This document shows, piece after piece, positions 63,019 to 64,000 of a stretch of 64,000 nt of DNA; position 1 is the stretch's first letter, and each line of letters opens with the position of its first letter. The stretch lies in assembly GCA_963730935.1 (NCBI GenBank), contig CAVSTP010000004.1, forward strand, positions 1,472,001 to 1,536,000, given 5' to 3'. This DNA is from an uncultured Nitrospiraceae bacterium. GTDB taxonomy: Bacteria > Nitrospirota > Nitrospiria > Nitrospirales > Nitrospiraceae. The notes beneath the pieces are model-generated. The model did not search any database. It was not told the origin of the DNA and saw only the letters and a program-made list of their open reading frames with translations. Both the position numbers and the translations under genes were made by a program.

Positions 63019-63720
63019 ATGAGTGACCAAGCGCAACCACAGGCACGACTGATGACCCGCCTCGAGCGCTGGGCGAAGTTGTCGTTGTTGCCGCCAGTCG
63101 GCGCCGCGCTGGTGTGGGGCATCGCGGCGACTATGCGCCTCGAGACGCGCGGCCAGGAAGAGGTCGACGCCGTCTATCGGAGCGGAGGCCACATTATCCT
63201 CGCGTTCTGGCATGCCCAACAACTCATGATCCCGTCGGGGTATCGCGGAACGGGAGCCCATGTTCTGATCAGTCAGCACGGGGATGGCGAGATCATTGCC
63301 CGCATCATTGCACGCTTCGGTCATGAGGCGGTTCGAGGCTCGAGCACCCGAGGCGGAGCTGGTGCTCTCCGCGCGCTGATCAAGCTAGGACGCGCCGGTA
63401 AGGATCTGGTCGTGACCCCCGATGGACCGAAAGGGCCACGACAGGTGGTAAAGCTGGGCATTGTGCAACTGGCGAAAGCCACCGGACTGCCGATTGTCCC
63501 CTTAGCCTTTGCCTGCTCGACCAAGAAACTCTTCTCGAGCTGGGATCACTTTATGGTCCCCTATCCCTTCTCAAGGGGTTTGTTTCTCTATGGGAAGCCG
63601 ATGTTCGTGTCGCGGGAATGCGACGATCTCGCGCTCGAAGCCGACCGCCTTGGGCTCGAGACGGAACTCAATCGGCTGACGGACGAGGCTGAACATGCGG
63701 TGACACATACACACGCGTGA
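63019..63720 (+). CDS. DUF374 lysophospholipid acyltransferase family protein
   Basis: AFWH, ISQHGDGE, RGSSTRGG, TPDGPKGP, SWDHFMVPYPFSR. Confidence 0.92.
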   Translation: MSDQAQPQARLMTRLERWAKLSLLPPVGAALVWGIAATMRLETRGQEEVDAVYRSGGHIILAFWHAQQLMIPSGYRGTGAHVLISQHGDGEIIARIIARFGHEAVRGSSTRGGAGALRALIKLGRAGKDLVVTPDGPKGPRQVVKLGIVQLAKATGLPIVPLAFACSTKKLFSSWDHFMVPYPFSRGLFLYGKPMFVSRECDDLALEADRLGLETELNRLTDEAEHAVTHTHA

Positions 63721-63876
63721 GACACCGTTCGTGATTACGTCTTTTCATATGTCCCATACACTTCCAAGCTTTAAGTTAAACAATCGAGCGAACTCCTGAT
63801 TGGTGCCGAAGCAGGGGAGCGACCATCCCCGTGCAGATCAACCTACTATTCCACAATTTCAACCCCTGACGCCCCG

Positions 63877-64000
63877 TTACGCCGCTACCCACCGCTTGTC
63901 GAAGTAATGGGCTTCCGGCGGCGTCGGCTGTACGACCGTGGCCTGGGGGCCTTTATCGCCCGGTTCGACGTTCAGGCTCACTTCCATGCCGTCCATTTGC
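63877..64000 (-). CDS. Partial CDS: cold-shock-domain C-terminus (possibly HPF/RaiA-CSD fusion)
   Basis: DGMEVSLNVEPGDKGPQATVV...*; runs off the window edge. Confidence 0.6.
   Translation of the reverse strand, partial: QMDGMEVSLNVEPGDKGPQATVVQPTPPEAHYFDKRWVAA

Noticed and set aside
63800..63812. TGGTGCCGAAG resembling a reversed tRNA-Leu 3' end or att site
   Set aside because: Only about 11 bp, no T-arm or cloverleaf, no integrase.

Overview
GC-rich bacterial chromosome segment. Gene content and intergenic repeat style suggest Nitrospira/Nitrospirota (inference, not verified). Housekeeping and metabolic blocks: pqqABCDE plus a PQQ-type sugar/sorbosone dehydrogenase, tal-gnd-zwf, an Mla/PqiC-type ABC system, an RND efflux operon, a cNMP-kinase/REC-TrxB/DsbA/DedA-rhodanese redox operon and aceE-aceF-lpdA. 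The left third (1-24 kb) is accessory and has many single-base frameshifts, probably assembly errors. Main discoveries: (1) a WYL regulator (19204-20276) followed by a minus-strand island with three copies of one operator-promoter, GTGACCT-N4-TGTCACAC with TGTCAC exactly 10 nt before a TANNNT -10 box. The three copies precede a vWA cassette, a TerB/DUF726-lipase cassette and an orphan cassette, suggesting a local nucleic-acid-sensing stress or defence regulon. (2) A modular dispersed repeat family at about 9 loci whose hairpin stems covary around an invariant c-GNA-g DNA-type triloop. (3) A pqq cluster with an extended PqqA and His-to-Gln changes at conserved PqqB and PqqC sites. (4) An AT-rich DnaA-box locus that shares a 45-bp element with the WYL upstream region. 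No rRNA, tRNA, CRISPR array or intact transposase was seen.
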